Of a stretch of 64,000 nt of DNA, positions 12,971-25,900 are shown in pieces. The translations under genes and the position numbers were made by a program. The stretch is taken from positions 124,001-188,000 of the forward strand of contig MU008201.1 in assembly GCA_010909165.1 (NCBI GenBank). The letters run 5' to 3'. This DNA comes from Anthoceros angustus (lineage: Eukaryota > Plantae > Anthocerotophyta). Position 1 is the first letter of the stretch, and every line of letters starts with the position of its first letter. The notes under the pieces were generated by a model. That model was not told where the DNA came from, ran no database searches, and saw only the letters and a list, made by a program, of their open reading frames with translations.

Positions 12971-13445
12971 GCGAGAGGTCCTGAGTTCAGTTCTCAATTA
13001 GAGCATATGGTGTGAGTAAATGTCACTGACCTGTTCACTTTATTTTTAAAACATGCTACGCATACCAACATGGCGAGAAGACACCGGCGAAGGGAATTTG
13101 AAACCCGTCCCCTCCAAGTGGACTAAAATAGACTTCTTCTCCTTCTTCCAAGTCTAGTAGAAGAAGAAGAAGAATTTTATTTAAGTCCACTAACCATAGC
13201 TTCATGGCATGCTCCAACATGGAGAAGGATTCATTTTATGAAAAACATGGCTGGAGGAGAAGGTGAGGATGATGACCAGGAACTGGTCCGGTTGTCGGTT
13301 TCCGGTCACCCGCCACGCCGGAGGCTTTCTGGCGCGTTCGGTTCTCGTTTCAAAATTCATATTCGATTCCATGGAGAAACCGTACTTGCTGCTCTACATG
13401 CTCCGCGGAAGCTTTCACGATCTGTTTGCGGCATCAGCGGAGGAC

Positions 13446-14705
13446 ATGGATGCCGATCTGTGGGGTGGTCTTCCGGGTGAGCTCCTCTGCAAGGTGCTGC
13501 AGATGCTTCCTGCTGCGAGCCAGTTGAGGTTTCGTGCCGTCTGCAAGGGATGGAATTCGCTGCTCTCGTCTCAGGGATTCCGCTCAGCGAGTGTGAATCT
13601 AGGCCGGGACAGGGCGTCTTTCACGCATTCCGAGCAGGCTCTGTTGTGCGGGTTTCAGATTAAGCCGGGGCAATATGAATGGGGGGAGCAGCATTCCTCC
13701 ACCTCCCCTCACAGGAGCTCATTCTGCACGTCGCAGTACACGGTGTACCGGGTGGACCTGTCCTTCCTCCCGGCCTGGGCGCAGAACTGCGAGCAGGTGT
13801 GCGGCAGGGCGAGGTGGAAGCGGTTTGTGGTGGCGAAGCGGGGCCTGGTCTGCATCCGGGGCTGCGAAAGGGACGTGGACGGCGGGATCAGCAGGTGCGC
13901 AATGTGCGTGTTGAATCCGCTAACCAAGGAGTGCAAGGAGCTCCCGGATTTGGATCTCCAGCCGGAGTTGCCGTGGGCCTTGGAGATGGAGGTGGACCCC
14001 GGGCCTGGGGCTGGATTTAGGGTTTACGTGGTTTGCAACACGGAGGAGAACAGATTCTACCACTTCTGGGTGGTGTGTGTGTACTCGTCGGTTACGGATT
14101 GCTGGAGTATCACGCACTGTCAGCCGATTCCTGCAGACACGCACAGGCAGAATCCTAGGTTTGATTATGTGGTGAGCAACGGGGTGTTGTATAGGTACGG
14201 GTCTGGGAATCTGCTTCGGTACAGCATGGATGAGCACATGTTTGAGTGGCATGTCGGGGCTGCTGTCCCTGCTGTGAATGAGTTGGACAGTCAGTTTTAT
14301 CTGGTGGAGCATCATGGGAGCGTGCTGTTTGTAGGGCAGGTGTGGCATGCTGATTATCTGACGTATGCGCTATGGAAGTTAGAGGTCGGCAGCATGGTGT
14401 GGGTTCAGATTTCGGTTTTGCCCAAGGAGATGATGGATAGGGTGGGTGGGTGTCACAGAGAGGAGGAGCAGTGGAAGTCTTGCAAATTTTTAGACAATGT
14501 AATGGTTGCAGGCGACTTTGTTTTTCTGGTTCTTCGTGTGGAGTATTCCAAGTTGAGGGCTCATTTGGTTGCTTACAATCTTTTAGAAGGAAATTGGCAG
14601 GTGTTTTTGCGTAATGAGCCTTCGTACCCGTTTTTCGTTGATTCGTATGGCTTCCTGGAACCGATGCTAAGCTTTCATATGCTGTGCCATGGAATCGTGA
14701 GATAG
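13446..14705 (+). CDS. Intronless F-box protein with a kelch/F-box-associated beta-propeller-like C-terminus (~419 aa)
   Basis: F-box LWGGLPGELLCKVLQMLPAASQLRFRAVCKGWNSLL right after ATG 13446. It is followed by GLVCI..VLNPLTKECKELP, VYSSVTDCW, VVSNGVLY, LVEHHGSVLFV and LVAYNLLEGNW. The ORF opens upstream at 13263. Confidence 0.9.
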   Translation: MDADLWGGLPGELLCKVLQMLPAASQLRFRAVCKGWNSLLSSQGFRSASVNLGRDRASFTHSEQALLCGFQIKPGQYEWGEQHSSTSPHRSSFCTSQYTVYRVDLSFLPAWAQNCEQVCGRARWKRFVVAKRGLVCIRGCERDVDGGISRCAMCVLNPLTKECKELPDLDLQPELPWALEMEVDPGPGAGFRVYVVCNTEENRFYHFWVVCVYSSVTDCWSITHCQPIPADTHRQNPRFDYVVSNGVLYRYGSGNLLRYSMDEHMFEWHVGAAVPAVNELDSQFYLVEHHGSVLFVGQVWHADYLTYALWKLEVGSMVWVQISVLPKEMMDRVGGCHREEEQWKSCKFLDNVMVAGDFVFLVLRVEYSKLRAHLVAYNLLEGNWQVFLRNEPSYPFFVDSYGFLEPMLSFHMLCHGIVR

Positions 14706-14897
14706 TGAATGCATTGGTGAGCCAAGCCTGAACACAGAACAGTACAGTGGATTTTGGATTAACATTGTTTGCCTGTCTACAAAAGATGTAACCTTGTCAC
14801 TCAGTTTTTTGAACAAGTCATGGTCACTCTAAAGCTTTGGAAGACACACAACAAAACGGCCAGTTTGTGATTTGGGTGGATGGATCTTCCAAGACCC

Positions 14898-15652
14898 TTA
14901 ATCCGAGTCGTCATTGTTGAAGATGGCGTCAAAGACGATGGTCAGAGCAACCGCAAACGCGGTGTCAACATGAGGTGCGACGGTCAGGCTGTAGTGGTCT
15001 TCGCCGGTGAAGAACTTGGTAGCGTCGTGGAAGGCTCCTTTGCGCTGGACAGTTGCCACAGTATCCTCTCCATGGAGGACCTGGAAGTTCTTTGCCCGAA
15101 AGTCCCCTCGCACATTGAGGTAAGGCTCCGTTCCGAACTCGTGGATGATGACATCTGCGTGAGCCTTGAGGGCCAGGATCTTGTCCCTGACGCTGGCTAG
15201 CAGGGTCTCACCATCTGCAGCGTAAATGTGCCAGGTTCCGTGCAACGAAACCGTTTTTTTGCTGATGACGGCAATTGCCTCATTGTTCCTGTCGTACAAC
15301 GTCTTTTTCTGCACAGGTCAGACAGGAGCATCAGCGCATAAGCTTGCAACAACCCAAAACCTTGAGGCCACATCTGCAGGAGGATGAAGTGCGCGCACCT
15401 CATGGAAAGAGAAGGTCTTGCCCTCCAGCTTAAATGCATCCTGTCCCTCGGCATCTTTGATTCCGAAGGAGTCTGACAGGCTGAACACCTGAAAATGCCA
15501 CATCCATCACAGCAACTTCAAGCTCGGTGGTGCAATTCAGGCATCAGCAACAAGGTTCATAGAGGAGTCGCAGTACGAACCTTCTCCTGGAGCTGGAATA
15601 CAGTCTCACAGGGTTCCACATAAGCTGGCGAGATCACTACCAAGGGAGCCAT
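14898..15652 (-). CDS. LURP-one-related (Tub_2/LOR) protein, copy A, 3 exons
   Basis: MAPLVVISPAYV..ETVFQLQEK|VFSLSDSFGIKDAEGQDAFKLEGK...|KKTLYDRNNEAIAVISKK...GDFRAKNFQV...YSLTVAPHVDTAFAVALTIVFD, the LOR-family pattern. Confidence 0.9.
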
Positions 15653-16293
15653 GTTGTGTGCAAAGACTGGGCCTGCTCGAAGCTCTCCCAAGACCTGAAG
15701 TAGCTGCCTCCTCCACTTGCTGCACGACTTTGATCCTGCTCCTTGCTGCTGCTGCTGAAAAGGGAGCCACCGCCTTTAACAGCAGTGGGTAGGAGGATGA
15801 GACGCACGCAAGCACGGATCATTGGATATTCGCAACTCTGGGTTGTGCACCCATGTTCAGACTATTTTAGTATGCTAAACTGTAGAACACTGAGGCTGAC
15901 CAGGCCGGATCTGCAGTGGTGACCTTCTGTGTTGCAACCACATTGGCTTCGTATAACTCATCTTACAGGAATGGAAGGTTTCCAACAAGTTGTTCTCCCT
16001 CGATCTGGCAAGCAGGATCATTAAAGTCTGACTCTATCCGTCCAGCATATCCAAAGAACATACGTAAATCCAATGAACCTGACACTTATTTCATCCAATG
16101 AACGAACATGTAGTACAAACTAGTACACCACCGACACTGCTTTGCCTTGGGGCAGCGGATAGCAACGGCTCGCTGCACAATGTGACAGTGTCCGGGGCAG
16201 CAGCACCGCAACTCATGAGTGTAATGTACATACAGAGGGGAGGTTGCCTATGTACAAAGTGATGAGCATATTCACAAAGCCCTCAGACATATT

Positions 16294-17114
16294 CTACTGG
16301 TTGTCAGAATTGAACATAGCATCAAAGGTCACTGCCAGAGCCACAGCGAATGCTTGGTCCACATTTGGTTTCACGGTCAGGCTGTAGCTGTCATTGCCAG
16401 TGAAGAGCTTCACGGCGTCCTTGAAGATGCTCTTCCGCTGAACGCTTGCTACAATGGTGTCCCCTCGAAGGATCTTAAAATTCTTTGCTAGGAAGTCTCC
16501 CTTCACTGTGAGGTAGGGTTCCTCTCCAAACTGGTGGACGATCACAGTTGCATGAGACTTGAGAGTGAGCAGCTTCGCTTTGATGCTGGCCAGCAGATTG
16601 CGGCCGTCTCCAGAGTAGATTTCCCAGGTCCCGTGGAGCGAAATCAGCTTCCTCTTCATGACCGCCACAGGCTGCCCGTACCTGTCGAGCAGAGTCTTGG
16701 TCTGCAGGGAGCCCAGAGAGCAGATTAAGCACACCTTTGTGTAACATTTTCACGAAGCGCCCGTCCCGCATTTCAACAAAAATAGATCACCACAGAAGCT
16801 CACATCGTGCAAGGAGATAACGTGGCCTTGAAGCTTGAACATGGGAACGCCATTGATATCCGTGATATCAAACGAGTCTGCCAAGCTGAATATCTGTTTA
16901 CCGAAGGTTGCATGTTTAGCAAGATGTTCAAACATTCAGCATCTCAGAGCAAACAGTTGGTCACGATCCAGATCTGAGCGTCTGACACCAGAAAAATTCC
17001 CGAATTCACAGACCTAAAACTGTCAACCGTGCGCACCTTCTCTTGCAGAGCGTAGCCGGTCTCAAAAGGAGCCACATACGCTGGAGAGATCACAACCAGA
17101 GGTGCTGCAGCCAT
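16294..17114 (-). CDS. LURP-one-related protein, copy B, 3 exons
   Basis: MAAAPLVVISPAYVAPFETGYALQEK|IFSLADSFDITDINGVPMFKLQG...|TKTLLDRYGQPVAVMKRK...GDFLAKNFKI...YSLTVKPNVDQAFAVALAVTFD; same exon structure as copy A. Confidence 0.9.
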
Positions 17115-18554
17115 GTCTGAAACTCTCCGCACTCTTTCTCCTGCCGTAATTGCTTCCGCCGCAAAATCCCGACACTGACAAATGGCAGCACCTCAAATGC
17201 GCGAGCTTCAGCTGCAGATCGTGTTCCTGTTCTGTGCTGTGCTCTCTTCCCTCCTGTGCCTCCGGTGCCTCCTATGCTTGCGCTGAGCCAGCCTAATGCC
17301 GGTGTTAAAAGCCGCGGACAACCCGAATGTGAAGCAGCTGCGAAAGGCTCCAGTTCCAGAATCTCCAAACTCGGTAGCACCTCCACGCGCTCTCTCGCCG
17401 TGGCAAGTGAGTAAAATTCCTGGAAACCACATGCACATGTCGTCTTGCTGAAGTCAGTAGCCAAACCTGGAGCTCGCACTGTACCGACACGGTGTAGCCA
17501 CTCGTAGCCGGACATTGCTCCATTCCCCGAACTCGGTGACGCGTTAAACAATAAATTCCTTGGAAGCCAGAAACTTGTCTTGCTCATGTCAGCATCCGAA
17601 TGTCCAGGGCTCGCTGTGCCGACACGCTTTGCTCCATGACCCGTTGGGTCCAAGTTTACCAATGTGCCCTACCTACTATACCTTCTCCTGATCTCAGGTT
17701 GCAGGGACAAACCTGACCCATAGTCTTCTGCCCACACAGCACATCATCGTTTTACATCTCAAATGGTTGCATATAGACTTACGCTAACCATGTGAGATAT
17801 CCCGTCTAACAGTCTAACAGGTTGGTTGTTGTGACAAACGATTCAAGGCAGCAGCTCAAACAGGTCCCTTGGAAGGTTCTATCGAAAATTCCTCCCCTCA
17901 CAATGTTATACTGCAGTGTCCCCCCGCCCGGTCAGTTAGTCCATCGGTTCCGAAGATGACAGCGGATTCTGACAATCCCTCACTCACCTCATCCCTGCCA
18001 GCCAAGGTGATCTTCTCCTTCTTGAACACCTGCGACTCGAACTCCACATCCACGCCCCAGGTGCCCGGCGACGACACCACAGTCTTTTCGCAGAGGTTGC
18101 AGCCATCCCCCCCTATCCGAGCAGGCATTGGTGGAATCTTGGTGCCGGAATGGGATGGGTGGGTTTTCTGCAGGGGAAGGATCTGTGTTCTGCTAACTTA
18201 AGAGCACTTCGGCATTCGGAAGTGATGAAGTGAGTGAGTGAGTGGTGTGGCATGGTTGCTGGTTTTGGAATCACGGGACTGCTGGCATTGAGGCTTAGAG
18301 TGGTCTTCCTTGGCACAGTGAAGGGAGTCAACAATGGCCTTCACATATGAGGCAGCAGTTGTGCAGAGGAATACGGCAGGTGCAGGCAAATCTGGACACC
18401 CTGGTTGCTCAGGCAACTTCGTTCATGCAAGGTAGACGGTCAAGGTTGGCATCCAGCAAGACCAGATATCTGCAAATTATTGCGGAGCAGTAAGCAAGTA
18501 GGAATTCTGAGGTAGAGGAGCGTGACTTATAGGAAGGTAGCTCTGCGTCTGCGA

Positions 18555-18581
18555 TATGGAATACCGATCTCGTCACACGGG
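18555..18581 (+). repeat. Left terminal inverted repeat core (27 bp)
   Basis: Exact reverse complement of 50225-50251. Confidence 0.95.
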
Positions 18582-18894
18582 CCCTTTAGGGTTTTTTTCC
18601 ATTGTGACCAAAGAAGTTTTCCGGCCGCATACGGCGGGAAAACTTCTGGTGCCACACACTTGACGACATCGGTCGTTCGCGCCTGCCCCTCGTGTCCCGA
18701 TCTCGTCACTAATGGTGTTTGTGTCAGGAATCTTTTCTGGTTGTGTGACACACAATGTTTTCGTTTTAGGGCTGTGAGGGCATGGGCCATCGGACATCCT
18801 TCGCATGACCCCATCTGCCCGTCAGTTTGCCCGTCAGTTTGCCATCACGGAACCGTCACCAGGGCTTGATGGGAGATAGCGTGGAGGAGGCACA

Positions 18895-20350
18895 AGGGCT
18901 GTATGCTGCGGCGGGCATATACAGCGCTCGATAGCGCAGGTGCGCCATGTACGCCTGGCTATCGCAGCCATCCAGGCGTCGTGCGCACAAGGGGCCAGCC
19001 ATACAGGCCTCACGCGGTAGCGCACACCATCTTCACACAACCAGCCTTTACATTCCACCACAACAAAGCCACCACTGGGCTCAACTCTGAAAACGCCAGA
19101 ACAAACAAATCCAAATTGTCACCGCTCCTGTGTCATGGTGAGCGACAAAATGTCACCGCCTCCTGTGTCATGGTGAGCGACAAATCAATTTTCCGCCACA
19201 CCTAGCTCACTCCGGAAGGCTGCAACTTACACGCCTCACACCTCGTGCACCATGCAGCAGGTGATGGCCGCCCACGCCCACGGGTGGCTTCAGCCTCCGC
19301 CCACCGTGGAGGTATTCGCAATGCGCCTCGCGCGCTGGCTATCGCAGCCATCCAGGCGTCGTGCGCTGAGGCCAGCCATACGGGCCTCGCGGTGGCGCAC
19401 ACCATCTTCAGAACCGGCCTTTACATTGCACCACAACAAAGCCACCACCGGGCTCAACTCTCAAAGCGCGAACAAACAAATCCAAATTGTCACGCTCCCG
19501 GTCATGGTGGCGCACAAAATGTCACCGCTCCCGGTCATGGTGGCGCACAAATCAATTTTCTCCTACACCTAGCTCACTCCGGAAGAAGCCAAATCTGGGC
19601 CACACGCCCCTCACACCTCGTGCACCACGCCCCGGGGGTGATGGCCGTCCACGCCCAGGGGTGGCTTGACCTCGTCCGGTGGAGGTATTCGCAATCGTCC
19701 CCTGCTCACACTCCCTGCAGTGTTGTTAGTGCCATGTGCACGATACATGTCCGGAGGAAGTCCATGTCCCGCAATCCTTTGCATATGCATTGTCCTCGCC
19801 ATCTGCGGTTCTGCACAACCACAGTGGCCCATACGAGCCTTCCCGTGCTCGCACAAATGGCGCTGGCGCGCCCTCCCTCCACAATGTCAGAACTCATGCA
19901 TAAAATGAATGGACAGCCAGCTTGCTCACCGCTCGGCAATTCTATGCGAGTGGTGGCATCTCGGGGCCACGTTTTGTGCATACCGAGGGCCACCCACATC
20001 GAACTCCTCGCCATCGCCCTCCTCACCATATGCGGGTGCACCCACCCTTGTAGTCGACCTTCTTCTTGAATGCGAGCAGCACATGGCGGGAATGTCTCGG
20101 CTGCCTCGATCTTCCGCACCGGTGCCTATTCCATACCGCCTCCAACGCCGAGCTCCGCCTCATCGTGGGCATGAAGGTCAAGGTGGAATGGATGCTGTGG
20201 GTTGGTGATGTCCAGTCACGCTCCCGGTCATGGTGGCGCACAAAATGTCACCGCTCCCGGTCATGGTGGCGCACAAATCAATTTTCTCCGGCCTACACCT
20301 AGCTCACTCCGGAAGAATCGCCGTCTGGGCCACACGCCCCTCACACCTCG
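18895..20350. repeat. Left subterminal repeat zone: ~300-bp blocks and a ~30-bp tandem motif
   Basis: TGTCACCGCTCCCGGTCATGGTGGCGCACAAA-like unit in pairs at ~19118-19190, 19487-19550 and 20215-20280; the block GCTATCGCAGCCATCCAGGCGTCGTGCGC recurs at ~18957 and ~19337. Confidence 0.85.
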
Positions 20351-22639
20351 TGCACCAGACCGCAGCGGGGTGATGGCCGTCCACGCCCAGGGGTGGCTTG
20401 ACCTCGTCCTTGGTGGAGGTATTCGACAATCGTCCCCTGCTCCCACTCCAGAGTGTTGTTAGTGCCATGTGCACGATACATGTCCGGGAGGAAGTCCATG
20501 TGCAATCCCTTTGCATATGCATTGTCCCTCGCCATCTGCGGTTCTGCACAATGATGGCCCTAGTCAGTTCCCGTGCACACAAATGGCGCGATCGCCCTCC
20601 TCCCTCCACAATGTCGTAACCTCTGAGACAAAATAAATGGACAGGCGACTGCGATTTGCTCACCCGCTCGGCAATTCTATGCGGGTGGTGGCATCTCGGG
20701 GGCCACGTTTTGCATCTTGAGGCCACCACATCGAACTCCTCGCCATCGTCCTCCTCACCCCCATATGCGGGTGCACCCACCCTTGTAGTCGACCTTCTTC
20801 TTGGAATGCGATGCGAGCACATGGCCGGAATGTCCCTGGCTGCCACGATCTTCCGCACCGGTGCCTATTCCATACCGCCTCCAACGCCGAGCTCGCCCTC
20901 ATCGTGGGCATGAAGGTCACGTCAGGAATGGATGTGCCGGTTGGTGATGTCGATTGCTCCTCACCATATCCATCATGTACCCTTGTAGAGGAATGCCCAC
21001 TTCTCTCCCAAGGACCGCCAAATGCTCAATCCTCGCAACCATCCCGCATTCATCGACTTCACCACATCAGCATAAGGAAAACGCACTACCTCCTAACTTT
21101 TACCGGTTGTGCATGAGGGGCCGCGGATGAAGTTGCTTCCATGTGCCCTTGGCCTCGCTCGGTTCATATCCGCCTATTAGGTTGTGCTCTGCTGCGTAGT
21201 CCGACCGAATCATGATGCCCAAACTTCCTCACCGCTTCCACATAGGCGTTGAAAATCGCTGCGGATGCCCAAACTTCCTCACTTGCTTCCACATAGGCGT
21301 TGAAAATCGTCGTTCCCGCTTGTTATCCTCCAAGACCAACTGGGGACGTAATGGGTTGCCCCATCTATGGCCCGTGCACTCAAGTAGAATTGGTACATCT
21401 TGTCATAAAACTGCGCACAAGGCAACATGCAGCCACCGATCGTGCACAACTCCCGCAATCACTTCCGCACCGAATCGCGAACATCGCATGCCCCTCGCTC
21501 ACGCACTTACAATCCATATGCCACATGTACATGGGTGTCGCATTGGTGTCTTGGGCCAGCGGATGCGCATCGCCGACTGTCGCTATGTGCTCCGGCCGCA
21601 TCAAACGCAGCCCGGCCACTGCCTCCTTGGGATTTCGATTCCATCCAGCCAGCCCGCCGCACGAATCGTATTCCGGCATTCACGCCGTGCGGTTTATGGG
21701 TGTGTGCGTGGCACCGCGGCACACCTCCTCCACGGACAACCTCCCATACACCCCGCGCCATGCCGTGCCGATGCAGAGCCTCGTCACCGTGCTCAAGGCT
21801 GACCTAGCTCCGCTGGTAGGCCTTTCAATGGCCTCCCCGCTGCGTGCACCAAATCATAGCTTATGGCGCAAGCGCCCGCCGCCTCCTATGCATCCCTTCA
21901 TCTCCACCTTCCAGCCCCTCATCCCCCGCCTCGCACGAATTGCCTCAAGTTTTCACCGTCCGATGATGATGGGCTTCGCCATGACCTCGATGCAGCCTGT
22001 GGCCGGGCGCACGCCACCATCTTCCTTCTTCGTCGCTGCAAGGCCGCGCCAGCGTCCATGGGCACCCTTCACTGCGCCCACGTGATGGCCAAGGTGGAGA
22101 CTGGCCTCAACACCTCCGCACTGCTACCTACTCTCCAAATGAGCGCTTTTCCTGCCCATGCGCCTTCCTCCCGCTCAAACCCCAAATGCACCTCCTCCAC
22201 AGGGCGCCGATTTCGATCCTCCTAACACTTTCCGCCGAGAAATATGTCCGCCGCCAAGGGTTTCGACGACGCTCGATCATTGCTACCGCCGAGATCGATT
22301 TTGTTCCACGGACGGTCCGCCAGCGCTTGCGGGCGGGTTTCACACCGCATCTCAGCCGAAGTAGATCGCCCGCAGCAAGTTCGTGGCGCGCCCAGCTATC
22401 ACGGTTTTTTTGCTTCCGTTTCATTCATTGTTTGAAGTGCGAACAAGTGCACTCCACTTCCAAACCAACAGACGCACACACACGCCGGTGAACAATCTAG
22501 AATGGGCCTTCTCGCCGCAGTGCATACACACTTGCCTGCTCGCATGCGGGCCATCGACAATTGTCGGCGGCCTCTCCCTCGCTAATCTTCAGTCGCCCGC
22601 TCGCAAACCCGCAAATGTAACCTCGCCGCCTTACCTCAA

Positions 22640-25600
22640 TGCGCAGGGTTCCACGACGGTCCTCGGCGAACAAAAGGCATGGATCTTCCATATCGCGTAT
22701 CCCGCGGCGACTTCATTGTGTGGCATGCCCCGATGATCGTCACATGCTTCCGTTTGGAATACTCCCTCTTCGCTCGATTCAAGTCCATGTAACATATGAA
22801 ATGCTCCGTCTGCTGTACACGAACGGCAATGACGCGCCCACAAAAATTGTGTTGATCCAACTCCTCGGGAGGATGCTCAATGTCCCACACAAACGAGCCT
22901 CACCGCTTCCACGGCCTCCTCCGCCGCGGGGTCTTGGCCCAGTGCACATGTGACGCCGTCCCATTCCGCCCAACCGCCTCACCACTAGCTTCCAACTCCA
23001 CTTCTCCGATTGCGTAACATCCATCGCTATCATTCCCTCCACTGCGACCATAGGGTGCCATCCAACCGCCTCCACTTTCGAACGATTGCCGGCGCCTTCT
23101 GTGACTAAAACTCCCGTAAGCCTCCATTGACTTCTCAGAGCATGGTCACGGTGGCGTTCCTATCTCGATGGTCGCACGCAGATTGCAACCGCCTTCGCGA
23201 AGATCCACAACGGCACCAACGTGCCGCTTGGCGCTGCTCCAAAGATTCCGTGCCCATGCGTGCATGACACACCGCCCACCGAGGCACCTTGACTCCACCT
23301 CCAACCCTTCGGGGGCACAACTGCCTTCCACAAGATAAATGAAATCTTTGTGCATTGCGGACAATGGAACCTCAATACCATGAGTACCCATTTCCCGGAC
23401 CGCATCGTGCCACATTTCGCCTCCGGCATGTACGCTCGCACATGCGAGTCGGTGGAGTGGATTTGCCGGGACTCTCCCACTCCCACACCGGCTCCACCGC
23501 CCCGAGCTGCGAGCCACCGCCGCCCACGGCCTCCTCCGCGCCCGCCGTCCGCGCATGTGCCGATCGCTGTGAGCGCTTCCGGAGGCGTTCGCGCCGGACG
23601 GTCACATGCTTCCGTTTGGAATACTCCCTCTTCGTTCGTTTGAAGTCCATGTAACATATGAAATGCTCCGTCTGCTGTACACGAACGGCAATGACGCGCC
23701 CACAAAAATTGTGTTGATCCAACTCCTCGGGAGGATGCTCAATGTCCCCACACAAACGAGCCACTCATGTTCCACCGCCGCCGCGGGGTCTTGGCCCAGT
23801 GCACATGTGACGCCGTCCCATTCCGCCCAACCGCCTCACCACTAGCTTCCAACTCCACTTCTCCGATTGCGTAACATCCATCGCTATCATTCCCTCCACT
23901 GCGACCATAGGGTGCCATCCAACCGCCTCCACTTTCGAACGATTGCCGGCGCCTTCTGTGACTAAAACTCCCGTAAGCCTCCATTGACTTCTCAGAGCAT
24001 GGTCACGGTGGCGTTCCTATCTCGATGGTCGCACGCAGATTGCAACCGCCTTCGCGAATTGCATCCACAACGGCACCAACGTGCCGCTTGGCGCTGCTCC
24101 AAAGATTCCGTGCCCCATGCGTGCATGACACACCGCCACCGAGGCACCTTGACTCCACCTCCAACCCTTCGGGGGCACAACTGCCTTCCACAAGATAAAT
24201 GAAATCTTTGTGCATTGCGGACAATGGAACCTCAATACCATGAGTACCCATTTCCCGGACCGCATCGTGCCACATTTCGCCTCCGGCATGTACGCTCGCA
24301 CATGCGAGTCGGTGGAGTGGATTTGCCGGGACTCTCCCACTCCCACACCGGCTCCACCGCCCCGAGCTGCGAGCCACCGCCGCCCACGGCCTCCGCCACC
24401 GCCGTCCGCGCATGTGCCGATCGCTGTGAGCGCTTCCGGAGGCGTTCGCGCCGGACGGTCACATGCTTCCGTTTGGAATACTCCCTCTTCGTTCGTTTGA
24501 AGTCCATGTAACATATGAAATGCTCCGTCTGTACACGACGGCAATGAGCGGCACAAAAATTGTGTTGATCCAACTCCACAGGAGGATGCTCAATGTCCCA
24601 ACGCGAGCCTCACGCATGTTCCACTGCCGCTGTGGCCCGGTCCGAGCACATGTAAGCCGGTCCCATTCACCGCCTCACCACTAGCTTCCAACTCCACTTC
24701 TCCGATTGCGAACATCCGCCGCTATCATTCCCTCCACTGCGACCATAGGGTGCCATCCAACTGCTTTCCTCCACTTTGAGCAGCGGTGATTGCGAAAAAG
24801 GCGTCCTTCTCGTGAAAACTCCCACACGAAGCCTCCATTGACTTCTCACGAGCATGGTCACGGTGGCGTTCCTATCTCGATGGTCGCACGCAGATTGCAA
24901 TCCACGCTCTTGCGGTGCATCCTGGCACCAACGTGCCATGCCGATTCTTTGGCGCGTTCCGGCATTCCGTGCGTGCATGACGCCGAGGCACCTTGACTCC
25001 ACCTCCAACCCGGACCTCAATGGTGGGCCATCATCCTCTCCACGGTAATGAAATCTTTGTGCATTGCGGACAATGGAACCTCCAATACCATGAGTACCCA
25101 TTTCCCCGGACCAGCATCGTGCCACACATTTCTCGACCTCCCCGGCTGTGCCATGTACGCTCTCGCACATGCGGAGTCCGTGGAGTGGATTTGCCGGGGG
25201 CTCTCCCACTCCCACACCGGCTCCACCGTCGCCCGAGCTTCCGCGAGCCACCGTCGCTTCCACGGCCTCCTCCGCGCCCCCGCCGTCCGCGCATGTGCCA
25301 GCGATCCTGTTTCGCGTGGAGCGCCTTCCGGCAAGGACGGCGTTCCGCCTCCCGGGCAGTCAGTAGCAAAACGCGCCCGATGACCACTCGCCCGGTGCAA
25401 CCTCCCGCCCAACATCATGCCGCCGCCGCCGCCGCCGCCGCCGCCTTCCTCCACTTCGCCGACCGCTTGCGGCGCTCCGCGCATCCCTCCACTGCGACCA
25501 TAGGGTGCCATCCAACTGCTTTCCTCCACTTTCGAACGACGGTGATTGCGAAAAAGGCGTCCTTCTCGTGACTAAAACTCCCGAAGCCTCCATTGACTTC

Positions 25601-25900
25601 TCACGAGCATGGTCACGGTGGCGTTCCTATCTCGATGGTCGCACGCAGATTGCAATCCACGCTCTTCGAATTGCATCCACAACGGCACCAACGTGCCATG
25701 CCGATTCTTTGGCGCGTTCCGGCGTCGTGCCCATGCGTGCATGCGGCATGCAGGCACCTTGACTCCACCTCCAACCCGGACCTCAATGGTCATGGGCCAC
25801 AATCATCTCTCCACGTGAAATCTTTGTGCATTGCGGACAATCTGGAACCTCCAATACCATGAGTACCCATTTCCCGGACCGCATCGTGCCACATTTCTCG
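22640..25900. repeat. About four tandem ~800-860-bp units derived from the DUF4218 region
   Basis: The ORF track repeats MEAYGSFSHRRRRQSFESGGGWMAPYGRSGG at 23127 and 23984 (offset 857), with related copies near 24.8 and 25.6 kb. Confidence 0.92.

Noticed and set aside
12971-12995. Functional tRNA gene
   Set aside because: Only a T-arm-like half is present; no acceptor stem or D-arm.
13263-13445. Upstream in-frame ATGs extending the F-box ORF to 480 aa
   Set aside because: F-box domains normally sit at the N-terminus. The extension looks like 5' UTR, so ATG 13446 is preferred, though not proven.
22636-24579. EHFICYMDFKR read as a Ulp1/C48 protease His-Asp motif
   Set aside because: No QxNxxDCG motif follows, and its position after WMxPxxR/RNR fits the post-DUF4218 part of Tnp2 better.
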